Shown here in pieces: positions 1 to 8,745 of a stretch of 32,000 nt of DNA. The notes below the pieces were generated by a model. The model ran no database searches. It was not told the DNA's origin and worked only from the letters and a program-made list of their open reading frames with translations. Both the position numbers and the translations under genes were made by a program. The DNA is taken from the NCBI GenBank assembly GCA_003568775.1, contig MWMI01000003.1:68886-100885 (forward strand), written 5' to 3'. The stretch comes from Candidatus Nanoclepta minutus. Its GTDB lineage: Archaea > Nanobdellota > Nanobdellia > Nanobdellales > Nanobdellaceae. Each line of letters starts with the position of its first letter. Position 1 is the stretch's first letter.

Positions 1-2867
1 TCTAGTCTAGCCCCTTCTAAGTATAGGCATCCTAATGTTAAGTTATAGTACTTTCCGTTATAATATAATAAGGCAGTTAAGTTTCTTACAAGCCATGGGG
101 ATATCTTGCTATAGTTTATAGATTCCCTTAATTGTTTTAGTTCGACAATTGGTTCTAAAAACTTTATATCGACTCTTACTATTCTTCCACAATTATTTAT
201 TCCTAAATCAGGTATACATCTAGGTATTTTCACATTATTTATATATAGATCCTCATCTAATGGGAAATCTCCAAAATAAGATAAAGTATCGTTATTTGCA
301 AATACATAGTAAACTTTATTTCCAATTACTGTCCTAACACCAAGTTTTACATTATATTCCTCAGGTAAAGCAGAAAAGAAATTGGATATCCAGCTTACTT
401 TATCGTACATTAAATCAGAACCTAACCTAGTAAACTGATAGGATTTTCCAATATCGGTTGGATCTATGTATAGATAGGAAGGCATTACGTAATCTATTTC
501 ATATATTTTTTTGATTAACTGTATCTCTTTCTCACTTAAGCCAAACTCTTCTATAGACTCCTTGCTTCCATTGAACTTAAACAATAGGCTTATCCATCCA
601 TCTCCTAACCTCTCTTTTAAATTAATTATCTTATCTATTTCTTCTTTTGAAAAGTTCAAGTCTTTATACAAATAATCATAAAATACTTTGTTTTTTCCGA
701 ATAACTCTAATATCTTAAAGATATGATAGTTATATGAAGAGTGTACATATAATAATTCTAGAGATTCGTTAAAGGACGTTCCAGCTAATCCATACCTCCC
801 CATTAAATGATTCCAATACGGGTATGAATTATCTCCAGACAACCATACTGTTCTGTTACCTAATACCCTCATATAATATCCATAATCCCACCAAAAGTGT
901 ATGGCAGAGTTATTTTCTGTATTAAAGTTTATCCATAAGGCAGAATAAATTATATTATCCTCCGTTCCTCCAGTATATAGTGGGAAGAAGTAGTAAGTTA
1001 TGTATCCGAATCTATTGTAAAATCCATATAAGATAGTAAGCAATAATGAGAACTTTAGGTATGAGGTTAAATTGAGATCTTTATTCCTAAAGTAATATTG
1101 GATAATAAAGTAAACGTAGAAGAACGCTGGAAAGATTAGTGGAAATATGAACAACCTTGTCCTCTGTAAAATATAAAATACTAGGTAAAATGCTGTAACT
1201 GAAGAAATTAAGAAGAAGATATGTGTTAATATTTCTGATATAGTGTCTTTCTTATATTTATCTAACAAACCTAGCCAGTTAAGAGATATTGGGAATAATA
1301 GAGATAAAGAGAATCCTGCAAAGAACGCTAATCTATATATATACTTTCCTATAATTAATAGAAGGATAGAAGTTATAAGAACGAAGAGTTCCTCATCCGA
1401 AATATCTTTATAGGACAGAATAATCCATGGGATTATAACGAAAAATACCAGAGACCAGGATAGTATTGTAGCGCCTGTTAGGGATAAAAAGTTATCTAAT
1501 AAGAAGAGAGATGATAGGAACAATGCGGAAAAGGATAAGGCATATAGTAGTTTCCATTTCTCTTTTTTATCCCATAAGAGATAAATTAGGGCAATTGTGG
1601 AAAGTATAGCACCAGCTACCGTATAATTCCTTAAATATTCTAAACCAGAAAACTTTTGAAATTCTGCAACAGATGTAATCATTCTATCACTGTAAGGAGA
1701 TATTATATTGTTTATATATTTTGAAATGTATGGGATAGATATGATTATTAGCAAGAAGATTAAGAACAATCTGTAGAATGTATTTTTCTCAACTATTTTA
1801 AATAATCTTAATCTTTCATATACCCTATCCGTTTTTTCGTATATCTTAAATTTGCTAAATAAATAATCCAGTAGGTATAGAGCTGGGATTACGAGTATTA
1901 TAATGTTATGTACTTCAAATAGAGAGGAGATTAGGATGTCTTCATATTCTAATAAGGAGAAGTATGGAATAAACAAGGCATAATAAGAAATTTCTGGATT
2001 ATTTCTACCCAATACGAACCTCAATACTTCTACAACTCCAATTACTAAAGGTATTATTACCCATCCACCCCATCCTTTTCTAGCTAAGATCGTTGAGAAT
2101 ATTAACAGGGTATAAAAGTATTCCTTTGATGGTTTGAATAAAGGATATAATATTAGAAGAGCTGTGAAGAGGGAAAGTAGTGTAAATGTCTGTAAGTGAT
2201 CGCTGTTAGGAAAGTATTTTATAAAGTAGTATAGTAAAATTATTCCGGCTACAGTTATACCAATTAGGATGTATCTTTTGATCTTATTTTTTTCAGCATT
2301 ATTCTTAATTCCTAATATATAGAAGTAGAGGGAAAGAACGATGAATAGTATTGCGCCAAGCTCTGTATCGAATGCTATTATCCTACTACCTATTAGAACA
2401 TTTATGGAATATATAATGGAAGAGACGGTTGCTAGTTTCCTATCCTTAAATAGTTCCTTTGCTAATAGGAAAAAGACGACGGATGAAAGTCCAAAGAATA
2501 AGGGGACTGTAAAGTTGGCGGCTAGCCATGTAATTTGGTTTGCTAGTGGATATATCCCTAAAATTGATAGGAAGGAGAGGGATGGGATAGCTTTTAGTAT
2601 CAATAAGGAAAAAAGTCCAAGATACGATACTAAATCCTTATCTGTAAGGTATGTTCCGATGGGATAGTATCTACTTGGATCATAATCCGGTATATAACCC
2701 TTTGTATATAGGTCCATCATATATGAATAGAACAAATAGGGATCTGGACCAACTAGATTATAATCACCGAGATTGTTTAATAATAAGCCCTTTGAGCCGA
2801 AGGATACTGAAAATATTAATAGGCAGAGTACAATATCCTTAAGTACGTCCTTATTCCTAAATACCAT
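1..2867 (-). CDS. aglB: Oligosaccharyltransferase AglB/STT3, partial (C-terminus lies beyond the left edge)
   Basis: Absent from the ORF track because it runs off the window. My hand translation of the reverse frame from the ATG at 2867 found no stop down to position 1 (about 955 codons). The N-terminal half is multi-TM. The diagnostic STT3 motif WWDYG (HFWWDYGYY) is encoded in frame at 879-893. Track ORFs 2341-2667 and 2651-2842 are antisense shadows of this gene. Confidence 0.85.
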   Translation of the reverse strand, partial: MVFRNKDVLKDIVLCLLIFSVSFGSKGLLLNNLGDYNLVGPDPYLFYSYMMDLYTKGYIPDYDPSRYYPIGTYLTDKDLVSYLGLFSLLILKAIPSLSFLSILGIYPLANQITWLAANFTVPLFFGLSSVVFFLLAKELFKDRKLATVSSIIYSINVLIGSRIIAFDTELGAILFIVLSLYFYILGIKNNAEKNKIKRYILIGITVAGIILLYYFIKYFPNSDHLQTFTLLSLFTALLILYPLFKPSKEYFYTLLIFSTILARKGWGGWVIIPLVIGVVEVLRFVLGRNNPEISYYALFIPYFSLLEYEDILISSLFEVHNIIILVIPALYLLDYLFSKFKIYEKTDRVYERLRLFKIVEKNTFYRLFLIFLLIIISIPYISKYINNIISPYSDRMITSVAEFQKFSGLEYLRNYTVAGAILSTIALIYLLWDKKEKWKLLYALSFSALFLSSLFLLDNFLSLTGATILSWSLVFFVIIPWIILSYKDISDEELFVLITSILLLIIGKYIYRLAFFAGFSLSLLFPISLNWLGLLDKYKKDTISEILTHIFFLISSVTAFYLVFYILQRTRLFIFPLIFPAFFYVYFIIQYYFRNKDLNLTSYLKFSLLLTILYGFYNRFGYITYYFFPLYTGGTEDNIIYSALWINFNTENNSAIHFWWDYGYYMRVLGNRTVWLSGDNSYPYWNHLMGRYGLAGTSFNESLELLYVHSSYNYHIFKILELFGKNKVFYDYLYKDLNFSKEEIDKIINLKERLGDGWISLLFKFNGSKESIEEFGLSEKEIQLIKKIYEIDYVMPSYLYIDPTDIGKSYQFTRLGSDLMYDKVSWISNFFSALPEEYNVKLGVRTVIGNKVYYVFANNDTLSYFGDFPLDEDLYINNVKIPRCIPDLGINNCGRIVRVDIKFLEPIVELKQLRESINYSKISPWLVRNLTALLYYNGKYYNLTLGCLYLEGARL

Positions 2868-2889
2868 CCATCATACTTTATAGTAAATG

Positions 2890-2899
2890 TTTAAATTTT
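2890..2899 (+). promoter_or_regulatory. TATA-like box (TTTAAATTTT) about 24 nt upstream of the rps28e ATG; implies a leaderless or very short-leader mRNA
   Basis: An A/T box sits at the canonical archaeal distance from the start codon at 2918. I see no obvious Shine-Dalgarno sequence in between. Confidence 0.35.
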
Positions 2900-2917
2900 T
2901 TCTAGGAATATTTAAGA

Positions 2918-3211
2918 ATGCCCAAGAAGGTCATGGAAAAGATTGGTGAAGAGGGGATTAAACAATCAGAACAAAATATAACTAAGGAGAATGTAATAAT
3001 TTGGAGTCCTTCTTATAGAGCAGAAGTTTTAGAGATAGTCGGTAGGACTGGAATGAGGGGTGAGGCAACACATACTATAGTTAGAGTTCTAGATGGGCCA
3101 AATGCAGGGAAGATATTGAGGAGGAACATTGTAGGACCTATAAGAAAGGGGGATATAATAATGCTTAGGGAGACTGAAATATCGGCTATGCCAATAGAAA
3201 AGAAAGATTAG
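2918..3211 (+). CDS. rps28e: 30S ribosomal protein S28e, with an N-terminal extension of about 30 aa
   Basis: The core [53 protein letters not shown] matches the S28e consensus (IGRTG...RNV.GPVR.GDIL.LRETE). It is followed directly by L24e, as in the conserved archaeal order. Confidence 0.9.
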   Translation: MPKKVMEKIGEEGIKQSEQNITKENVIIWSPSYRAEVLEIVGRTGMRGEATHTIVRVLDGPNAGKILRRNIVGPIRKGDIIMLRETEISAMPIEKKD

Positions 3212-3212
3212 G

Positions 3213-3383
3213 ATGGAGGAGAGGATATGTTCTTTCTGTGGTAATAAATTGGAACCTGGAACTGGTCTTATTTATGTTCTAAACGATGGTAGGGTATTAT
3301 ATTTCTGTTCTAGAAAATGTTATAGAAATTGGGAGATGGGAAGAAATCCGAAAAAATATAAGTGGGCATCAGTAAATAGATGA
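3213..3383 (+). CDS. rpl24e: 50S ribosomal protein L24e (56 aa; below the ORF-track size cutoff)
   Basis: Hand translation gives [56 protein letters not shown]. This has the CxxC...CxxKC zinc-ribbon pattern typical of L24e. The ATG lies 2 nt after the S28e stop. Confidence 0.9.
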   Translation: MEERICSFCGNKLEPGTGLIYVLNDGRVLYFCSRKCYRNWEMGRNPKKYKWASVNR

Positions 3384-3979
3384 GAAGGCTGATAAAGTTA
3401 CTTATAATCATATTTATTTTTTTCGTTTTAGTCAGCTATTTATACGTAAGCTTATTTGAAACATCTCTGGTTCTTAGGATTCCTTCTCCGAATGGAAGGT
3501 TGTATGAAGTGAGTTTTAATAATTTGGATATAATTAGGATGACATTTAATGGTGTTTTAAAGAAATTAGATATTGAAAATGGTTTAAACAAATCAGAAAG
3601 AGTTTCTATATATGTTAAGGAGATGAACGATATAATAGTTAAATATAAAGATTACTATGACTTCTATTATCTGGAATTTCAAAAGCTCTATCCGGAGAGG
3701 TATTTTATACTATGTATATCCGATTCCTGTGATTATCTCTTCTTTTCAACCTCTGGTTTGTTGAAGGTTAATGGAAGCGAGGTCAATATAAAGGATCCCT
3801 TAATTTTATGGATAGACGAAGAATATCTGAGGGGGTTCTTTAGATGTATGGAGGGGGGGTGCGATCTACTATATTATCTGAAGGAAGGTATAATTAAAGG
3901 AAATTTCAAGGTAAAAAACGCTAAAAAAGTAGTAGAGAGGATATTAGAAAAGTATAAGTTTACTCCTCCGATGGGTTGA
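3380..3979 (+). CDS. Hypothetical membrane-anchored protein (single N-terminal TM helix)
   Basis: 199-aa ORF whose ATG overlaps the L24e stop (ATGA). The N-terminus [23 protein letters not shown] is a TM/signal anchor. I recognise no family motif. Confidence 0.5.
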   Translation: MRRLIKLLIIIFIFFVLVSYLYVSLFETSLVLRIPSPNGRLYEVSFNNLDIIRMTFNGVLKKLDIENGLNKSERVSIYVKEMNDIIVKYKDYYDFYYLEFQKLYPERYFILCISDSCDYLFFSTSGLLKVNGSEVNIKDPLILWIDEEYLRGFFRCMEGGCDLLYYLKEGIIKGNFKVKNAKKVVERILEKYKFTPPMG

Positions 3980-4808
3980 TGGATTTTAGTATAAAGACAA
4001 ACATTATAGTAGCTAGTGGGAGTATAACAACTGAGGAAAATATTTGAATAAAGTATATATATTCTGTAGCTGCAGTTATAGCCCCCATTAGAGTTGTTAG
4101 AACTATTACGAATATAACACCAACAACCACTAACGTTATATATACCTCTAATAAGACCTGCATAGTATTTGAGTATTCTATAAGACCTCTTTTATATTCC
4201 TCTGCAAACTGTCTAGCCTTTCTATATAGAAAATCGTCTAGCGATCCTCCTTCTATAAGAATAGACCTTATCCCCTCTAGTACCTCCCTCCAGTTCCTTG
4301 AGGGTGAGTATTGGGCTTTATAATGTAAGGCTACTGGCAAAGAAACCCCCATAGAAGCTACTAAATTGTATATCTCTTCGGCATCTTTTTGGATCTCTGA
4401 AAATTCTTTGTATTTTGATAGTAGTTCAAATAAGGTTAGGGGATTTGTTCCAGAAGAGGCTAAGGCAGCCATATATGTTACAACGAAGTATATAACGGAA
4501 TCTATCTTCTTTTTTCTTTCAGAAGCTTTTATGGATGGTAAAGATCTGAAGAATATTATTCCTATTAGGAATCCTAAAATGGAGAAAAATACAGCAATTG
4601 GGATTGGTATGATCAATAAGATTGTTTTAAAGAATATTAATGAAATTAAGGTTCCCAGTATAAATCCAGCAAAACCCATAGCAAAGGTAACTAGTAATAT
4701 ATAGATTTCAGCTTTTTTTGCATATGTAATTATGTCTTCCTTTATATTAGCCTTTCTCATCTCCTCATCCAAGTCACCGAAAAAAGATATTAGAAAGGAC
4801 TCTATCAT
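3960..4808 (-). CDS. FlaJ/TadB-like pilus or archaellum platform protein, single T2SS-F domain (resembles the N-terminal half of FlaJ)
   Basis: 282 aa. TM helices flank a soluble helical T2SSF-like block (IDSVIYFVVTYMAALASSGTNPLTLFELL...GVSLPVALHY...VLEGIRSILIEGGSLDDFL) and more TM helices follow. It is divergent from a second T2SSF gene. Confidence 0.65.
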   Translation of the reverse strand: MIESFLISFFGDLDEEMRKANIKEDIITYAKKAEIYILLVTFAMGFAGFILGTLISLIFFKTILLIIPIPIAVFFSILGFLIGIIFFRSLPSIKASERKKKIDSVIYFVVTYMAALASSGTNPLTLFELLSKYKEFSEIQKDAEEIYNLVASMGVSLPVALHYKAQYSPSRNWREVLEGIRSILIEGGSLDDFLYRKARQFAEEYKRGLIEYSNTMQVLLEVYITLVVVGVIFVIVLTTLMGAITAATEYIYFIQIFSSVVILPLATIMFVFILKSINPSEE

Positions 4809-4846
4809 TATATTTAAATATATGATTATAGAGAATTATAAATATA

Positions 4847-6037
4847 ATGAGATTGTTTACGAGAAAGAAGGATATAGCCGATGATCCAGAAGTATATGGA
4901 AAGATATATATATTTGGTAAGCCCATAAAGCATGACAGATTTATACTGATAATATCTCTATCCCTTGCAATAATCTTATTTTTCTCAGGTGTATACTTCA
5001 AGCTATATATGAGTTATATCACTCTATCAGCCCTTTTAATTTCGGTTTATTCTATTGTTTCCTTTCCCTATATATTTTACAAGATCCTTGAAAACAACGA
5101 AAGGAGAAGGATAGAAGACGAATACATATCCTTTTTGAGGGATCTAGCAGAAGCTCTGTCTTCGGGTATGTCTCTTCACCAAGCCTTAAAGCATGTGAGT
5201 GAGATAGGATATACTGCTTTAGGTAAGTTTATAAGAAAATTATACGTATGGGTTAGTTGGGGTATAGATTTTAGAAGGGCCTTTGAGATGTTTAACAAAT
5301 ATTTTGAGGGTTATAGGGAAATTAGGAGGGCAAATAATGTTATTTTAGAAACTTATATATCTGGAGGAGATTTGGCAAAAATACTGAAAACACTATCGGA
5401 TGATTTAGAGAATATAAGGGATTTAGAAAAGCTTAGAGCCTCTTATATGAGACAGCAGACTTTAGTAATGTATATAATCTATGTAGTCTTTATAGGCATG
5501 TTAATAGGTATTTTAACAATGCTAAAGCCCATGATGATGCAGTTAGTTCAGACTGGAGAGGGAGGTTTTGGAGTTAGCTTTGGAAAAATAGACTATGGTA
5601 TGTTAAAGAACGTTCTTGGAATTTCTATAATAGTAGAGGCATTTTCGATTGCAATAATAAACGGCTATATAGAATCTAATAGGATAAGTGGAAGTTTCAG
5701 ACATTTAGCGATAACTACCTTCATAGCAGTATTGGTCTATATATTCTTCATAATCCCCCCATCCGTAATGATAGATATAACGATGCCGATCGCGCCTTTC
5801 TCGGGTATGCCCATTGAGATGACTATAAAGGTAGGGGTAGACATGAAGCCTATTACTACAACGGCAAGGATAGAGGTCTTAGGTCCTTCAACTTATCTGA
5901 TAGATTACGTTGATGTGGTGAGTGGGGCAGGTAGGTATACGTTTACTCCATCTTCTTCCGGAAAATATACTATAAAAGTTACAGTAAACTATGGTGGAAA
6001 TAGGTATACGGAAGTAAAAGAAATAACTGTATCATGA
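4847..6037 (+). CDS. TadC/FlaJ-like platform protein (single T2SS-F domain) with a C-terminal extracellular beta-sandwich-like extension
   Basis: The T2SSF signature region is FLRDLAEALSSGMSLHQALKHVSE...FRRAFEMFNKYF...ILETYISGGDLAKILKTLSDDL, flanked by TM helices. The C-terminal ~90 aa (MPIEMTIKVGV...GKYTIKVTVNYGGNRYTEVKEITVS) looks like an Ig-like repeat. Confidence 0.7.
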   Translation: MRLFTRKKDIADDPEVYGKIYIFGKPIKHDRFILIISLSLAIILFFSGVYFKLYMSYITLSALLISVYSIVSFPYIFYKILENNERRRIEDEYISFLRDLAEALSSGMSLHQALKHVSEIGYTALGKFIRKLYVWVSWGIDFRRAFEMFNKYFEGYREIRRANNVILETYISGGDLAKILKTLSDDLENIRDLEKLRASYMRQQTLVMYIIYVVFIGMLIGILTMLKPMMMQLVQTGEGGFGVSFGKIDYGMLKNVLGISIIVEAFSIAIINGYIESNRISGSFRHLAITTFIAVLVYIFFIIPPSVMIDITMPIAPFSGMPIEMTIKVGVDMKPITTTARIEVLGPSTYLIDYVDVVSGAGRYTFTPSSSGKYTIKVTVNYGGNRYTEVKEITVS

Positions 6038-6720
6038 GGGGAATAAGCTGGATAGAGTTCTTGATATCCTTTTTAGTCTTTTTAGCAGTTTTTTCCATGC
6101 TTTACAGCAGTTTATATAATTTTCAATTAAAGCTAATCTCTGATAGTTACTATATAGATAGGTTCCAGAAGTTTTTGATCGCTTCTTACTATTATTTAGA
6201 AAGCAAGGATCCTAATTCAATGGGGAAGATTTTTAGAATGTTTAACACAAGTTTCACTTCTTATACGTTTCCGATAATAGTAATTCCTGATAGTGCTATT
6301 AGTAGTTGCTACAATTGTATAACCTTATACTATAATTATACCGATGAAAGTATAAACTTTTTACAGAACGTTTCTCTGGAGTATCAGACATATATTATTG
6401 CATTTTTTGTTTCATCAGTTGAAGACCTTAATGTAAATACAAGCAAATCTGAATTTAATTGTTATAATTACCTTAAGTTAAACAATAGTGTAATAAAAGA
6501 ATGTTCCTTTAAGCTTATTGGAAACTCTACAATAAAGTTCTATCCTGTTAGGAGGTATATTTATATAAAGGGCATTAATTCATTTGCTAACTTCTCTATC
6601 CATAATTCTACAATAGAGGTGGCTAGAGTTTTTTCTCCTGGGTCTATATCTGGAGAAACTTTTAATTTTTATGCGGATGAGTTAGGGATGGTAACGAAGA
6701 AAATACTTATAATTTCTTAA
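6034..6720 (+). CDS. Type IV pilin-like protein (class III signal peptide), rich in N-glycosylation sequons
   Basis: The N-terminus MRG|ISWIEFLISFLVFLAVF resembles a prepilin motif (G at -1, a hydrophobic stretch, Glu at +5). The ATG overlaps the stop of the upstream platform gene (ATGA). I counted 8 N-x-S/T sequons by hand. Confidence 0.5.
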   Translation: MRGISWIEFLISFLVFLAVFSMLYSSLYNFQLKLISDSYYIDRFQKFLIASYYYLESKDPNSMGKIFRMFNTSFTSYTFPIIVIPDSAISSCYNCITLYYNYTDESINFLQNVSLEYQTYIIAFFVSSVEDLNVNTSKSEFNCYNYLKLNNSVIKECSFKLIGNSTIKFYPVRRYIYIKGINSFANFSIHNSTIEVARVFSPGSISGETFNFYADELGMVTKKILIIS

Positions 6721-6735
6721 AATAAAAAAGGAAGA

Positions 6736-7524
6736 ATGACCTTAGATGCAGTTATATTAGCTGGGGGTTTTGCTAAGAGGTTGAGGCCAATATCAGACGT
6801 TATGCCAAAACCTTTGCTACATATAGATGGAGTACCGTTAATAGAGTATGTATTGAGGTCTGTATTGGAGGTAGACCATAGGAGGATTATAGTTTCTACT
6901 AACAAGAAGTTTGAGAACTCTTTTAGATATTGGCTAAAGAATGTAACAAAGACTTACAATAGCAACATTAAGATATTCCTATCAATAGAACCCTCTACTG
7001 CAGAAGAGGAGAAATTAGGGGCTATAGGAGGATTATTATATACTATAAGGCTTTATAATATAGATATAGATAATGCAGACGTCTTAGTTGTCTTGGGAGA
7101 TAACTTATTTGACTTTGATCTAAAGCCTTTCGTTAGTTATGCTAGAAAGATGGGGAAAGTTGTAATTGGAGCCTATGATGTAGGTAGTAAGGATTTGGCG
7201 AAGAGGTATGGGGTAATAGAGGTTGACAATAATGGAAGAGTAGTTAGCTTTGAGGAAAAACCAAAGGATCCGAAGTCTTCTCTAATATCCGTTGGCATAT
7301 ATTATATTCCCAACAGTAAAATAAAGAAAATAGAGGATTTCATAAGCGAATATAAAAATGCGGATGCAATTGGAAAGTTCTTTGAATGGTTGGTAAAAAC
7401 AGATGATGTTTATGGTTATGTATTTAAGGGTAATTGGTTTGATATAGGTACACCAGATTCATATATAGAAGCTGATAGGTGGGCATCTGAAAGGAACTTG
7501 GGTAGAAGGTGGTTGTGGCCATAA
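6736..7524 (+). CDS. Sugar-1-phosphate nucleotidyltransferase (NDP-sugar pyrophosphorylase family)
   Basis: The N-terminal motif AVILAGGFAKRLRPISDVMPKPLL is a variant of the GGxGTRLxPLTxxxPKPL consensus. YGVIEVDNNGRVVSFEEKP matches the typical central motif. Confidence 0.8.
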   Translation: MTLDAVILAGGFAKRLRPISDVMPKPLLHIDGVPLIEYVLRSVLEVDHRRIIVSTNKKFENSFRYWLKNVTKTYNSNIKIFLSIEPSTAEEEKLGAIGGLLYTIRLYNIDIDNADVLVVLGDNLFDFDLKPFVSYARKMGKVVIGAYDVGSKDLAKRYGVIEVDNNGRVVSFEEKPKDPKSSLISVGIYYIPNSKIKKIEDFISEYKNADAIGKFFEWLVKTDDVYGYVFKGNWFDIGTPDSYIEADRWASERNLGRRWLWP

Positions 7525-7557
7525 GTTTTTAATTCATTTTTATATTAAATCTTCTAT

Positions 7558-7631
7558 GGGCCCGTAGCTCAGCTTGGTAGAGCGTCGGGCTTTTAACCCG
7601 AAGGTCGGGGGTTCAAATCCCCTCGGGCCCG
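7558..7631 (+). tRNA. tRNA-Lys (anticodon UUU), intronless, CCA not encoded
   Basis: I folded a 74-nt cloverleaf by hand. Acceptor GGGCCCG/CGGGCCC, D-arm GCTC...GAGC, anticodon stem TCGGG/CCCGA with loop CTTTTAA, T-arm GGGGG-TTCAAAT-CCCCT, discriminator G. Confidence 0.9.
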
Positions 7632-7643
7632 CTAAGGGTTATG

Positions 7644-7652
7644 TTTTTTGTT
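7644..7652 (+). terminator. Oligo-T tract (TTTTTTGTT) 13 nt downstream of tRNA-Lys; likely archaeal terminator
   Basis: A T-run lies immediately after the tRNA 3' end. Archaeal RNA polymerase terminates at oligo-T tracts. Confidence 0.4.
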
Positions 7653-7759
7653 AAAATCATGAATTGATTGTAGATCAAGAGGCAATATAGCATGATATTA
7701 TGAAAGATCTGTAGACCATTTCTTTTAAAATTTTTTATAATTTTTTTAAAAATAATTTA

Positions 7760-8440
7760 ATGGAGTATCCTCTTTCTTTGTCTGAGCAGATTAAGTTTTT
7801 AAAAGAAAATCCAGAATTTTTTAAGGGATTTGGAAAATATACAGAGCCTTATAATGGTAAGTTAGTAGATAAAATAGTAGAAAAAGTAAGATCTGATAAA
7901 GTTCCTCTGTGGGGATTAGAAAACGAGATGAGAAAATATTTTAGAAAAGTGAAAGTCGAAGTATCATATATTCTTCCAGTAAAATATATGGAGGATCACC
8001 AAATAGTAGGCGGATGTACAGAGTTTGCATTATTAACGGCAGCTATATTAAGAAAATTGGGGTATCCGACAGCAATTTTATATGCAGTAAAAGTAAATAA
8101 TGTATTTCAAGATCCAATTAAGGGTGGAGGCCTGGAGGGGCATGCCGTTAACTTAGTATATAAGGATGGTTCATGGTGGCTACTGGATTCTACTAGTACA
8201 ATAGAAAGTCCAACTAAATTTATTTTTACAAGATTATTCTATAATGGATACCTACCAGGTTTAATAATGAAGGATCCTGCAGATCTAGGTATAAAGAATA
8301 GACAAGACGAATATTTTTACGCTTTATATAATCTTGAGGATGTATTGCTATTAGCTCTACAGGAGGATATTATAGATCCCAAAAAGTTATTTATACAAGG
8401 AGTATACAAAAAAAAGATTGAAGAGCAAGCTAAACAATAA
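7760..8440 (+). CDS. Transglutaminase-like cysteine protease-fold protein
   Basis: A candidate Cys-His-Asp triad occurs in typical context: GGCTEFALLTAAILRKLGYPTAI ... GHAVNLVYKDGSWWLLDST. This resembles the transglutaminase-core consensus G.C.EFA....ALLR..GIPAR...HAW.EVY..G.W...D.T. Confidence 0.65.
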   Translation: MEYPLSLSEQIKFLKENPEFFKGFGKYTEPYNGKLVDKIVEKVRSDKVPLWGLENEMRKYFRKVKVEVSYILPVKYMEDHQIVGGCTEFALLTAAILRKLGYPTAILYAVKVNNVFQDPIKGGGLEGHAVNLVYKDGSWWLLDSTSTIESPTKFIFTRLFYNGYLPGLIMKDPADLGIKNRQDEYFYALYNLEDVLLLALQEDIIDPKKLFIQGVYKKKIEEQAKQ

Positions 8441-8745
8441 TTTAAATTTTTATAATACTATCCGAGGTTATTAAGGTAAGAAAAAGAATGAAAGTTACTA
8501 TTTAAGATGGAAGAAATATATGATATATTAAAAAAGTTTGGATATGAAAAGGAATTAGAAGAATATTCTAAAATTAAAAATACATTTATATGGCAAATAT
8601 CTGTTAAACCTGAGGAAATTGTGGGGATTCAGAAAAACATTAGATAGCCTTTCATACATGGAATGGGTAGCTAAGGAAAACGAAAAATTGTTGAACTCTA
8701 TATATAGCAAAATTACGAAACGTTCAAATGAAGAATATTAGCTAA

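Noticed and set aside
2341-2842. Track ORFs 2341-2667 (+) and 2651-2842 (+)
   Set aside because: They lie antisense to the long open aglB frame, which carries the in-frame WWDYG motif. Their sequences are low-complexity with no motifs. They are shadow ORFs of an AT-rich membrane-protein gene.
4366-5001. Track ORFs 4366-4704 (+) and 4774-5001 (-)
   Set aside because: They are antisense to, or overlap, the two T2SS-F platform genes, which have clear domain signatures. No motifs are present. The second would overlap the 5' end of the 4847 gene.
6717-6905. Track ORF 6717-6905 (-)
   Set aside because: It is antisense to the 5' end of the sugar nucleotidyltransferase gene, whose N-terminal GG..K(R)L motif is encoded there.
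8507-8647. 46-aa ORF (MEEIYDILKKFGYEKELEEYSKIKNTFIWQISVKPEEIVGIQKNIR)
   Set aside because: It could be a real small gene, but it lies in a region of evident decay with three different frames of short ORFs next to the MazG pseudogene. No motif is recognisable, so I did not call it as a CDS.
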